From Dehalococcoidia bacterium (lineage in GTDB: Bacteria; Chloroflexota; Dehalococcoidia; DSTF01; JALHUB01): a stretch of DNA of 64,000 bases. Where the stretch lies: contig JASEFU010000002.1 of the NCBI GenBank assembly GCA_030018455.1, positions 269,480 to 333,479 of the forward strand. Reading direction: 5' to 3'. Of this stretch, positions 29,645 to 39,841 are shown in pieces. Made by a program: the position numbers and the translations under genes. The number at the start of each line of letters is the position of its first letter. The stretch's first letter is position 1. Under the pieces are notes generated by a model. That model was not told the origin of the DNA and searched no databases. It saw only the letters and a program-made list of their open reading frames with translations.

Positions 29645-30382
29645 GTGACACCGAAGAGCCGCCTGGATGTCCTGCTCGTCCAGCGCGGCCTGGCTGAAAG
29701 CCGGGAGAAGGCGCAGGCTTTCGTGATGAGCGGCGCAGTCCTCGTCGATGGAAAGCCCGCCTCCAAGCCCGGCGTTCTCGTGTCTGACGGGGCCGAACTC
29801 GAGCTGGCCGAGAGCGCCCGCTACGTCGGCAGGGGCGGTGAGAAGCTGGAGCACGCTCTCGGCGTCTTCGCTCTCGACGTGCGCGGACTCGTGGCCGTCG
29901 ACGCCGGCGCGTCTACCGGCGGCTTCACCGACTGCCTCCTGCAGCGCGGCGCCGCCCGTGTTTACGCCGTCGACGTGGGCTACGGGCTGCTCGACCCGCG
30001 GCTCCGCGCCGACCCGCGCGTCCGCGTGATGGAAAGGGTAAACGTGAGATACTTGGAAGACCTTCCCGAGGCGCCCGACCTGGCGACTGTCGACGTGTCG
30101 TTCATCTCGCTTCAGAAAGTGGTGCCGCCGTTGGTGAAGCTTCTGAAGGGCGGCGGCCACGTCCTCGCGCTCATCAAGCCGCAGTTCGAGGCGCGCCGCG
30201 AGGAGGTCGGCAAGCGGGGCGTCGTCCGCGACCCTCAGGTCCACGCCGCCGTAATCGGACGGACGGTCGCATGGGCGGCGTCGCAGGGCTTGCGGCTGCG
30301 CGGCCTCACCACGTCCCCGTTGCGCGGGCCCGCCGGCAACAAGGAGTTCTTCGTGCTCTGGCGAAAGGAAGCGGGAGCGTAG
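29645..30382 (+). CDS. tlyA: TlyA-family rRNA methyltransferase
   Basis: RLDVLLVQRGLAESREKA (S4 domain), DAGASTGGFTDCLLQRGA and LIKPQFE motifs. Confidence 0.95.
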   Translation: MTPKSRLDVLLVQRGLAESREKAQAFVMSGAVLVDGKPASKPGVLVSDGAELELAESARYVGRGGEKLEHALGVFALDVRGLVAVDAGASTGGFTDCLLQRGAARVYAVDVGYGLLDPRLRADPRVRVMERVNVRYLEDLPEAPDLATVDVSFISLQKVVPPLVKLLKGGGHVLALIKPQFEARREEVGKRGVVRDPQVHAAVIGRTVAWAASQGLRLRGLTTSPLRGPAGNKEFFVLWRKEAGA

Positions 30383-30387
30383 CGGCC

Positions 30388-31269
30388 ATGGACAAGGTGG
30401 GCATTCTCTACCACCCGAAGATGCCCGAGGCGGAGGCGCTCGCCGGGGAGCTGCATTCCCTTGCTTCGCCGCACGTGGGCGAAGTCTGGGTCGCCGCCGC
30501 CTGGGACGAACAGGCCGTCAAGGACAACGTCGCCGGCAGCGACCTCCTGATCTCCATCGGCGGCGACGGCACCATCCTCAGAGCGGCGCGGGCGAGCGTC
30601 CCCCACGACATCCTGCTGCTGGGGGTAAACCTCGGCCGGCTCGGCTTCCTCACGGAGCTGAGGGGCGAGGAGGCGCGCGAACGCGTACCGGAGATACTCG
30701 CCGATTCGAAGTGGACGGTGGAAGAGCGGGGCATACTACACGCGCAGGTGCTGGCGGCTCGCGGGGGGCGCGTCGTCATGGGCGAGCAGCCTTATCTCCA
30801 CGCGCTGAACGACCTCGTGGTCGGGCGCCCCGCTCTGGGGAGGACGATCGTTGCCAGCGCCTACATCGACGGCGAGCTCGTCGCCGACTACCGCGCCGAC
30901 GGCATCCTCGTCGCCACCGCGACCGGAAGCACGGCCTACTGCCAGGCCATCGGGGGTCCTATCCTGCACCCTGAGTCGAAGGAGATGGTGCTGGCGCCCA
31001 TCGCGCCTCACCTCGGCCAGACGAACGCCCTCGTCCTGCCGCCGACGGCCGTCGTCGAGCTCGTGCTCGACCCCGATCAGCAGGCCGTTTTCAGCCTCGA
31101 CGGCGAGGCCACCGTCGGCCTTGCGCCCGGGCAGGCCGTCCGCGTCACAATGAGCCACCATGTCGCCCGCTTCATCCGTCTCCCGCAGGAGCCCGGGTTC
31201 TATCAGCGGGTGGCGGTGCGCCTGCGCTGGCGGCGGACCCCCGATCCCAACGAGAAGGAAGCCCGATAA
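30388..31269 (+). CDS. nadK: NAD kinase
   Basis: GGDGTIL, NLGRLGFL, ALND and ADGILVATATGSTAY motifs. Confidence 0.96.
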   Translation: MDKVGILYHPKMPEAEALAGELHSLASPHVGEVWVAAAWDEQAVKDNVAGSDLLISIGGDGTILRAARASVPHDILLLGVNLGRLGFLTELRGEEARERVPEILADSKWTVEERGILHAQVLAARGGRVVMGEQPYLHALNDLVVGRPALGRTIVASAYIDGELVADYRADGILVATATGSTAYCQAIGGPILHPESKEMVLAPIAPHLGQTNALVLPPTAVVELVLDPDQQAVFSLDGEATVGLAPGQAVRVTMSHHVARFIRLPQEPGFYQRVAVRLRWRRTPDPNEKEAR

Positions 31270-31769
31270 TGGTCGTCAAGGCGGGAAAGAGAGAGAAGTT
31301 GCTCCACGGCCCGTTTCTCGTCGAGAAGGCAAGCACCCGCGACGTCTCGGGTCTCCACGAGATCATCAGCTCATTTGCGGAGAAGGGCGAGATGCTGCCC
31401 CGCACGATGGGCGAGGTCTACGAGAATCTGCGCGACTTCTTCGTCGTGCGGCGCAGCGACGAGATTGTCGCTTGTGTGGCCCTGCACATAGTGTGGGAGG
31501 ACCTCGCCGAGGTCCGCTCGCTCGCCGTGCGCGAGGAGCGTCAGGCGCTGGGGCTGGGAGGGCTGCTGGTGCGGGCCTGCATCGAAGAGGCGCGCGGTCT
31601 CGGGCTGAGCCGCGTCTTCGCGCTCACGCTCAAGCCCGGCTTCTTCGAAAAGCTCGGCTTCAAACAGGCGGATGTCATGACTCTGCCTCACAAGGTCTGG
31701 AACGAGTGCTACCGCTGCCCCAAGTTCCCCAACTGCGACGAGGTGGCGATGGTGCTGGAGCTGGATTAG
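31269..31769 (+). CDS. Short ArgA-like GNAT N-acetyltransferase
   Basis: MLPR, LAEVRSLAV, VFALT and LPHKVWNECYRCPKFPNCDE motifs. Confidence 0.85.
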   Translation: MVVKAGKREKLLHGPFLVEKASTRDVSGLHEIISSFAEKGEMLPRTMGEVYENLRDFFVVRRSDEIVACVALHIVWEDLAEVRSLAVREERQALGLGGLLVRACIEEARGLGLSRVFALTLKPGFFEKLGFKQADVMTLPHKVWNECYRCPKFPNCDEVAMVLELD

Positions 31770-31778
31770 GGGGTTGAC

Positions 31779-32330
31779 GTGCCCGAGGAAGAAGAAAACC
31801 TGCCGTGGACGATTCACAGCCGCCGCGTCTACAAAGGGCGGCTGGTAAATGTCCGTCTCGACAACGTGGTCGTCGATGATGGCCCTGCCAGAGTCAGGGA
31901 GGTGGTCGAGCACCCCGGCGCCGTGCTCTTACTCGCCCTCGACGACGTCGACAACGTCTTTCTCGTGCGGCAGTACCGACATCCCGTAGGTCGCCATCTT
32001 TACGAGCTTCCCGCCGGCACGATAGACGATGGCGAAGAGCCCGCGGTCTGCGCCGAGCGCGAGCTGCGCGAGGAGACCGGCTTCCGCCCCCGCCGCCTGG
32101 AGCCTCTCGGTGGCTTCTTCCTGAGCCCCGGCTACAGCAACGAGTACATCCACCTTTTCCTCGCCACAGGCCTCGAGGAGAGTCCTCTCGAGGCGGCAGA
32201 GGAAGAACACCTGACGGCCCTGCGTGTGCCCCTCGCGGAGGCGCTGCGCATGATCGAGCGGCGCGAGATCGAAGACGCAAAGTCGATCGCTGGTCTGCTG
32301 TTGCTGGCGCAACGCCGGGCCGTTTCCTGA
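31779..32330 (+). CDS. Nudix hydrolase (ADP-ribose pyrophosphatase-like)
   Basis: ELPAGTIDDGEEPAVCAERELREETG Nudix box; SPG and IEDAKS motifs. Confidence 0.93.
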   Translation: MPEEEENLPWTIHSRRVYKGRLVNVRLDNVVVDDGPARVREVVEHPGAVLLLALDDVDNVFLVRQYRHPVGRHLYELPAGTIDDGEEPAVCAERELREETGFRPRRLEPLGGFFLSPGYSNEYIHLFLATGLEESPLEAAEEEHLTALRVPLAEALRMIERREIEDAKSIAGLLLLAQRRAVS

Positions 32331-32347
32331 GCTTTCCGATACCGCGA

Positions 32348-33181
32348 ATGCCTGACCAGTACCCGCCCGTTCCGCCAGAAAACCGGAAGATATATCGGTT
32401 TCCTCGCCTCGGCCTTCTGCTATTTGCCGTCAACCTCCTGTTCGGAGTGAAGCGGTCGGTATCGCGCGACTCGCAGTGGATAATGCGGGTTAACCCGCCC
32501 CCTCCGCACGTCATCGGCCTTGAGAACGTGCCGCCACGTGGCCCCTTTGTCCTCGTCGCCAACCACTACGAGCGCCCCGGTCTGCAAATGCACTTCATCG
32601 GCATCGCAATTGCCGCGGTTGTGGCCGAACGTCGCGAGGAGAGTCGCGACATCCACTGGGTGATCACGAACCAGTGGGAGGGGCGCCGCTTTGGGCCGAT
32701 TCCCATCCCTGTCTGGCTCACGCGCTGGACCTTCGGACGGGTGGCGCGCGTATACGGCTTCGTCGCGATGCCACAGAGCGAACAGCAGGTCGCGGGACGG
32801 GCGGCGGCCCTTAAGCAGGCAGCGGCGATTGTCGCCGCGCGCGTCCGCGATGGGAAGCGGATCGAGGGCGAGCCCGTGGGCATGATGCCGGAGGCGAGAG
32901 GAAAAGGCGTCCTCGTCGAGGCGACGCCGGGCGCGGGCCTCTTCCTCCAACTGCTGAACCGCCGCGGCGCGCCCATCCTGCCCGCGGCGGCGTACGAGGA
33001 GCCGGGACGCCTGGTGCTTCGCTTCGGCGAGCCGTTCGACCCCCTCGTTCCTCGACGCGCCAGCCGCGAAGAGCAGGACCGCCTGATCCGGGAGCAGACG
33101 ATGGTCGCCATCGGGCGGTTACTTCCGGAGAGCATGTGGGGCTTTTACGCGGAGGCCATCCGCCGCTCCTTCGAAAGGTGA
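32348..33181 (+). CDS. PlsC-like acyltransferase-fold protein
   Basis: GLENVPPRGPFVLVANH and GMMPEARG blocks. Confidence 0.7.
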   Translation: MPDQYPPVPPENRKIYRFPRLGLLLFAVNLLFGVKRSVSRDSQWIMRVNPPPPHVIGLENVPPRGPFVLVANHYERPGLQMHFIGIAIAAVVAERREESRDIHWVITNQWEGRRFGPIPIPVWLTRWTFGRVARVYGFVAMPQSEQQVAGRAAALKQAAAIVAARVRDGKRIEGEPVGMMPEARGKGVLVEATPGAGLFLQLLNRRGAPILPAAAYEEPGRLVLRFGEPFDPLVPRRASREEQDRLIREQTMVAIGRLLPESMWGFYAEAIRRSFER

Positions 33182-33299
33182 CCGGCAGACACGTTATGGA
33201 CAGGCGCCTGCGAATGCCATAAACTGCCGTAATGGTAGCCCGCGTCTGAATTCGCAGCGACAAGTCAAACACGGCATCTGAGCCCGGCGGAGACCTGGC

Positions 33300-33599
33300 A
33301 TGATCCCTGATATCGAGACCAACCGCGCGGAGTTGGAAGCGCTGTGCAAGCGTTTTGGAGTGCGCCGGCTCGAAGCCTTCGGTTCGGCGGTGACGGGTCG
33401 TTTTCAGTCCGAGACCAGCGACATTGACCTGCTGGTGGAGTTTGAGCAGCCGGACAGCCCCGGCTACGCCGATCGGTACTTCGGGCTGCTGGAGTCGCTG
33501 GGGGCGCTGTTTCGGCGACACGTTGACCTTGTCGTCGCATCGGCGATCAAGAACCCCTATTTTCGCCAGTCAGTTGACGCCACGAGGGTCTTGCTCTAG
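33300..33599 (+). CDS. MNT minimal nucleotidyltransferase (antitoxin), probably 3 residues short
   Basis: FGSAVTGRFQSETSDIDLLV (GS...DxD) and IKNPYF motifs. Confidence 0.88.
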   Translation: MIPDIETNRAELEALCKRFGVRRLEAFGSAVTGRFQSETSDIDLLVEFEQPDSPGYADRYFGLLESLGALFRRHVDLVVASAIKNPYFRQSVDATRVLL

Positions 33600-33612
33600 G
33601 CAGCTTGAGGCA

Positions 33613-33942
33613 ATGAAGTGCGTGCGTGATATTGCGGGAGCTTGCGAGCAGATAACCGCCTTCACCGCAGGCAGGACGTTCCCCCAGTACGAAGACGATG
33701 CCATGCTGCGCTCAGCCGTCGAGCGTCAATTCGAAATCATCGGCGAACCGCTGTTACATCTGTCACGGCTCAACCCGGCTGCAGCGAACCGGATCACCGA
33801 ATACCGCCGCATCATCGCTTTTCGAAACATTCTGGCGCATGGCTACGCGCAAGTGGACGACCGCTTGGTATGGGATATCGTCGAGACCAAGCTTCCGACG
33901 CTGCGTGAAGAGGTGGCCTCTCCGCTGGCGGGAACAGACTAA
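33613..33942 (+). CDS. HEPN/DUF86 ribonuclease toxin
   Basis: AVERQFEIIGE and FRNILAHGY (Rx4HxY) motifs. The ancestral start was probably at 33598 (now AGG); next in-frame ATG is 33613. Confidence 0.8.
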   Translation: MKCVRDIAGACEQITAFTAGRTFPQYEDDAMLRSAVERQFEIIGEPLLHLSRLNPAAANRITEYRRIIAFRNILAHGYAQVDDRLVWDIVETKLPTLREEVASPLAGTD

Positions 33943-34173
33943 CGCGCTGCTTGCCGGCGTAATTCGAGAATGCCGCCCCCCTGTTCCGCCGCTGCTCTCC
34001 GTCTCCTTTCCGTGGGCCCGCAACCGTCTGCAGTTTCGGTTGCCCGGATGCCGACTGGTCGAACCCATGGACGCCTCGCTGCTCTCGCTGGATTCAGAAT
34101 CCCGTATCGCCTAATATGTCGATGGCTTCGTCGTTCACCCATCGAACGCCTCGAAAACCGGTTGTTCTGAAGA

Positions 34174-35847
34174 ATGCTGCAGCATGACGTCCTCGTGATC
34201 GGAGCGGGCCTGGCGGGCCTGAGGGCGGCCCTCGAGGCGGCCCGTTCGGGCGCCGACGTAGGCGTCCTCACCAAGGTCTACCCCCTTCGCAGCCACTCCG
34301 TCGCCGCCCAGGGCGGGATCAACGCCGCCCTCAGCGAGGACGATTCGTGGGAGACGCACGCCTACGATACCGTCAAAGGCAGCGACTACCTCGGCGACCA
34401 GGACGCGATCGAGACGATGTGCCGCGAGGCGCCGTCAGACATCGTCGAGCTCGAGCGCATGGGCACCGCCTTCAGCCGGCGGCCGGACGGACGCATTGAC
34501 CAGCGGCCCTTCGGCGGCGCCGGCTTCCCCCGCACCTGCTACGTCGCGGATATCACCGGCCAGGCGATACTCCACACCCTGCACGAGCAGGCGCTCAAGC
34601 TGAACGTCCCCACGTACGATGAGTGGTTCGTCCTCTCGCTCGTTGTGGAGGACGGCGAGTGCCGCGGCGCCGTCGCCCTGAACATGCGCACGGGCGAGAT
34701 CGAGGCGCTGGCCGCCAAGGCGGTCGTGATGGCGGGCGGCGGCTTCGGACGCGTATATACGCCGACGTCCAACTCCCTGATCTCCACCGGCGACGGCCAT
34801 GCCCTCGCCTATCGCGCCGGCGCTCCCCTCATGGACATGGAGTTCGTGCAGTTTCATCCCACCACCCTGCGCGACAGCGGCGTCCTCATCACCGAGGGAG
34901 CCCGCGGCGAAGGCGGCTACCTGCTAAACGCCCTCGGCGAGCGCTTCATGGAGAAATACGCGCCGAACAAGATGGAGCTCGCCGCCCGCGACGTCGTCTC
35001 GCGCGCGGAGCAGACGGAGATCGACGAGGGACGCGGCGTCGACGGCTGCGTGCTGCTCGACCTGCGGCACCTGGGCAAAGCGAAGATCATGGAGAAGCTG
35101 TTCCAGATCCGCGAGCTCGCCCTCGACCTCACGAACACCGACTTCATTACCGACCCCGTGCCTGTGCGTCCCGGCATGCACTACGCGATGGGCGGCGTCA
35201 AAACGGATATCCACGGCGCGACGCCTCTGCCAGGCCTCTTCGCTGCCGGCGAGTGCGCCTGCGTCAGCGTCCACGGCGCGAACCGTCTCGGCGGCAACTC
35301 CATGCTGGAAACGATCACCTTCGGACGCCGCGCGGGTAGGGCAGCGGCAGAGCACGCCCGCTCGAAACCTTCACCCTCCGTTCTCGCGTCCGCCGTCCAG
35401 CGCGACCGCGAGATGATCGCCGAGATACTGGCGCGGCCGCGGAACGGCGAACGCATGGCCGACCTCCGCGCCGAGATGGCGGCGGCGATGAACCGGGGCG
35501 TCGGCATCTTCCGGACGAAGCAGGGCATGGAAGAGGCGCTCTCCACCGTGCGCCAACTCAAGGAGCGGGCCAAGAGTGTGCCCGTGGCAAGCAAGGGGCT
35601 CGTCTTCAACATGGAGCTGCTTTCCGTCATCGAGCTCGGCTTCATGCTCGACCTTGCCGAGGTCATCGCTCTCGGAGCGCTGATGCGCGAGGAAAGCAGG
35701 GGCGCGCACTCGCGGCGCGACTTCCCGGAGCGCGACGACGAGCGCTGGATGAAGCACACGCTCGCGCGCTACCGTCCCGAAGGGCCGGTCCTGGAGTACG
35801 CGCCGGTGACGGTGACGCGCTGGCAGCCGGAGAAGAGGGTGTACTAG
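34174..35847 (+). CDS. sdhA: Succinate dehydrogenase/fumarate reductase flavoprotein
   Basis: [16 protein letters not shown] (FAD-His), [21 protein letters not shown] and ESRGAH motifs. Confidence 0.96.
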   Translation: MLQHDVLVIGAGLAGLRAALEAARSGADVGVLTKVYPLRSHSVAAQGGINAALSEDDSWETHAYDTVKGSDYLGDQDAIETMCREAPSDIVELERMGTAFSRRPDGRIDQRPFGGAGFPRTCYVADITGQAILHTLHEQALKLNVPTYDEWFVLSLVVEDGECRGAVALNMRTGEIEALAAKAVVMAGGGFGRVYTPTSNSLISTGDGHALAYRAGAPLMDMEFVQFHPTTLRDSGVLITEGARGEGGYLLNALGERFMEKYAPNKMELAARDVVSRAEQTEIDEGRGVDGCVLLDLRHLGKAKIMEKLFQIRELALDLTNTDFITDPVPVRPGMHYAMGGVKTDIHGATPLPGLFAAGECACVSVHGANRLGGNSMLETITFGRRAGRAAAEHARSKPSPSVLASAVQRDREMIAEILARPRNGERMADLRAEMAAAMNRGVGIFRTKQGMEEALSTVRQLKERAKSVPVASKGLVFNMELLSVIELGFMLDLAEVIALGALMREESRGAHSRRDFPERDDERWMKHTLARYRPEGPVLEYAPVTVTRWQPEKRVY

Positions 35848-36599
35848 TGGAAGTAAAGCTCAGGGTGCGACGCTTCGATCCGTCGCAGGGAGATGAGGCG
35901 TACTATCAACGGTACGCCGTCGAGGTTCCGCCGTCGGCGACCATCCTCGACTCGCTGCTCGCGGTGCGCGAGCGGGTGGACGGCTCGCTCGCCTTCCGCT
36001 GCGCCTGCCGGAGCGCCATCTGCGGCTCCTGCGCCATGCGCGTGAACGGCGTCTCGCGCCTCGCCTGCAAGACGAAGGCAATCGACGTAGCCCCGAATGG
36101 CGGCGAGATCACGCTCGAACCGCTCGCCAACCTTCCCGTGATCAAGGACCTCGTCGCGGAGATGGCACCGTTCTACGAGAAGATGCGCGCCGTCCTGCCC
36201 TGGCTGGTCGTCGATCCGGAGAGGCCGGAGCCCGAGCGGGAGTACCTGATGGAGCCGGAGCGCGCGCTGCGCCTGGGCCACCTGGTCTCGTGTATTCAGT
36301 GCGCGGCCTGCTACTCCGCCTGTCCCATCGTCGCCATCGACGACGGCTACCTGGGGCCGGCCGCCCTCACGAAGGCATGCCGCTACTGCCAGGACACGCG
36401 CGACGACGCCAGAGCCCAGCGGCTGGCGCGCATCGCCGACGAGGAAGGGCTGTGGCGCTGCCATACGGTGTTCAGTTGCATGGAGCAGTGCCCAAAGGGG
36501 ATCAACCCCACGGAAGCGATCCAGCAGTTGAAGAAGATGGTCATCTTTGACAGGCTGGGGCTCGACCGCTCCGGCAAAAGGCGGAAGCGCGATGTATAA
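35847..36599 (+). CDS. sdhB: Succinate dehydrogenase iron-sulfur subunit
   Basis: CRSAICGSC, CIQCAACYSACP and CHTVFSCMEQCP clusters. Confidence 0.96.
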   Translation: MEVKLRVRRFDPSQGDEAYYQRYAVEVPPSATILDSLLAVRERVDGSLAFRCACRSAICGSCAMRVNGVSRLACKTKAIDVAPNGGEITLEPLANLPVIKDLVAEMAPFYEKMRAVLPWLVVDPERPEPEREYLMEPERALRLGHLVSCIQCAACYSACPIVAIDDGYLGPAALTKACRYCQDTRDDARAQRLARIADEEGLWRCHTVFSCMEQCPKGINPTEAIQQLKKMVIFDRLGLDRSGKRRKRDV

Positions 36600-36963
36600 G
36601 CCGCTCGACGCCCAGTTCCAGGCAAAGGCGATGAGGACGGGCACCGCCGCGTGGGCGCTGCAGCGGCTCTCCGGTCTTTTCCTCACCGTCTATCTCATCG
36701 CTCACATCTTCGTCATCGGCACGGCGCTCCAGGGGGAGCGGACCTTCGACGACCTGCTGGAGACGTTCGAGCACACGCCGTTCCTCGTCCTCGACGCCGG
36801 CCTGGTGGGCGTGGTGGCGTTCCACGCCTTCAACGGACTGCGTCTCATCCTGTTTGACTTCGCGATCGGCCTGCGCTTTCAGAAGGCGATGTTCTGGGCC
36901 GCTTTCGCGGGCGCAGTGGCCGTGTTCGCGGCGTCGGTGTTCGCGGTGCGGAACCTGTTGTAG
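36592..36963 (+). CDS. sdhC: Succinate dehydrogenase cytochrome b subunit
   Basis: LQRLSG, heme-ligand His residues, HAFNGLR; three TM helices. Confidence 0.9.
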   Translation: MYKPLDAQFQAKAMRTGTAAWALQRLSGLFLTVYLIAHIFVIGTALQGERTFDDLLETFEHTPFLVLDAGLVGVVAFHAFNGLRLILFDFAIGLRFQKAMFWAAFAGAVAVFAASVFAVRNLL

Positions 36964-36976
36964 GGGAAGAGTCTAA

Positions 36977-37384
36977 ATGGCGCGACTGGAGCTTGAACGA
37001 GAGATGCTGGCGGCGCCACAGGCCAGCTTCAGCTTCTGGCCGTGGCTCTTCCAGCGGATATCGGCGGTGGGGCTGATCGTGCTGCTGCCCTTGCACATCG
37101 TGGTTACGCACCTGTTCAACATCGCCGAAGTCGAGGAGGGCGCGCTGCCCGCGCTCGTCGTCTTCTCCGACGTCGTGCAGCGCATGGAATCGCCGGTCTA
37201 CTGGACAATCGACCTGCTGCTTTTGGGCTTCGCGCTGTTTCACGGCCTGAACGGCGTGCGCAACATCCTCCTTGATTACGGGATGAGGGGCGCCGTCGGG
37301 AGAGTGACGACGGGAGCGCTTTCGCTGCTGGGGGTAGCAGCCTTCGCTTACGGCGTGGTCGTCCTCGCCTCGTTCATCGACTGA
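36977..37384 (+). CDS. sdhD: Succinate dehydrogenase membrane anchor subunit
   Basis: WLFQRISA and HGLNGVRNILLDY motifs; three TM helices. Confidence 0.9.
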   Translation: MARLELEREMLAAPQASFSFWPWLFQRISAVGLIVLLPLHIVVTHLFNIAEVEEGALPALVVFSDVVQRMESPVYWTIDLLLLGFALFHGLNGVRNILLDYGMRGAVGRVTTGALSLLGVAAFAYGVVVLASFID

Positions 37385-37399
37385 GTCGCGGGCGCGACG

Positions 37400-38032
37400 C
37401 TAGACGCCGCCGCCGTCCGACGACTCCGCTTTCTGCTCCACCGGCTCGTAGCTTCCCAGCAGGTCGCGCCGCTGGTAGCGCGCCTTCCCTTGCTCGAGGA
37501 GGTCGTTCCCGTACATGTCGTCGGCCACGATGACGGGGAAGTCCTCCACATCGAGGCGCCGCACGGCCTCCGTCCCCAGGTCGTCGTAGGCGACGACCTC
37601 CGCCTTCCTGATCCGCCTCGACAGCAGGGCGCCGAGCCCGCCGACGGCGATGAAGTAGACGCCGCCGTACTGCTTGAGGGCGTCGCGCACGGCCCGGTCG
37701 CGGCCCCCCTTGCCGATGGTGGCCTTGAGGCCGTGCTTCATGAGGATCGGCGTGTAGGGGTTGAGGCGCATGGCGGTTGTGGGCCCGGCGGCGCCGATGA
37801 CGCGGCCGGGACGCGCAGGCGTGGGGCCGACGTAGTAGATGACCTGCCCCCTGATGTCGAACGGGAGCGGCTCGCCATTTTCCAGCGCCTCGACCATCCG
37901 GCGGTGCGCGGCGTCGCGGGCCGCATAGATGACGCCGGTGAGGCGGACGTGGTCGCCGGCGCGCAGCCCCGCCACCGTTTCGTCGCTCAGTGGAAGCTGA
38001 ACGCGTTTACCTTTCGCTTCGTCGCCGCTCAT
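37400..38032 (-). CDS. Class I fumarate hydratase, beta subunit
   Basis: ARDAAHRR, YYVGP, AAGPTT, IGKG and DLGTEAV motifs. Confidence 0.92.
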   Translation of the reverse strand: MSGDEAKGKRVQLPLSDETVAGLRAGDHVRLTGVIYAARDAAHRRMVEALENGEPLPFDIRGQVIYYVGPTPARPGRVIGAAGPTTAMRLNPYTPILMKHGLKATIGKGGRDRAVRDALKQYGGVYFIAVGGLGALLSRRIRKAEVVAYDDLGTEAVRRLDVEDFPVIVADDMYGNDLLEQGKARYQRRDLLGSYEPVEQKAESSDGGGV

Positions 38033-38874
38033 AGCTCCGCCTCTTTCAGCCGCGCGCTGTGGCACTGCATGTTGACGGCAACCGGCAGCGCGGTGATGTG
38101 CGTGGGGAACGTCTCAACGTGTACGGCGAGGGCGGTGTTCGTGCCGCCGACCGCCTGCGGCCCCAGCCCGAGCGCGTTCACCTTCGTGAGCAGCTCGCGC
38201 TCCAGGTCGGCGGTCTCCGCGTCAGGGCTCGGCTCGCCGACCCGCCGCGTGATCGCCTTCTTGGCCAGCAGCATGCAGTGCTCCGCCGTCCCGCCGATGC
38301 CCACACCGAGGACGAGTGGCGGACAGGGGTTGCCGGCCGCTTCCTCGACGGCCCTGAGGACGAAGTTGACCACGCCCTCGCGGCCCTGGCCGGGGAGGAG
38401 AACCGTCATGCGGCTCATGTTCTCGCAGCCGCCGCCCTTGGGCATGACTTTTATCCTGAGCCTATCGCCGGGGACGGGATCGACGTGGATGACGGCGGGC
38501 GTGTTGTCGCCGGTGTTCTTGCGGGCGGAAAAGGGCCGCTCGACGATGGACTTGCGCAGGAAGCCTTCGGTGTAGGCTTTCGCGACGCCCCGGTTTATCG
38601 CTTCTCCCAGGCCGCCGCCGGTGACGTGGACGTCCTGCCCCAGCTCCACGAACACGACGGACGTGCCCGTGTCCTGGCAGAGCGGGACCATCTCTTCGGC
38701 GGCGATGGCGGCATTCGTCAGGATGTCATCGAGGATCTGGCGTCCGAGGGGCGACCCCTCGGACTCGCGGGCGCGTTGCAGGGCGGCGATGACGTCCTGG
38801 GGCAGGAAGTGCGCCGCCTCAATGAATAGCTGCGCCACCTTCTCACTGATCTCGCCGGCTGTTATCTCTCTCAT
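38029..38874 (-). CDS. Class I fumarate hydratase, alpha subunit
   Basis: PLCQDTG, NTGDNTPAVIH, KGGGCEN, NPCPP and QCHSAR motifs. Confidence 0.92.
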   Translation of the reverse strand: MREITAGEISEKVAQLFIEAAHFLPQDVIAALQRARESEGSPLGRQILDDILTNAAIAAEEMVPLCQDTGTSVVFVELGQDVHVTGGGLGEAINRGVAKAYTEGFLRKSIVERPFSARKNTGDNTPAVIHVDPVPGDRLRIKVMPKGGGCENMSRMTVLLPGQGREGVVNFVLRAVEEAAGNPCPPLVLGVGIGGTAEHCMLLAKKAITRRVGEPSPDAETADLERELLTKVNALGLGPQAVGGTNTALAVHVETFPTHITALPVAVNMQCHSARLKEAEL

Positions 38875-38893
38875 ATCACAGCAATCGGGTCTA

Positions 38894-39841
<948 letters not shown>

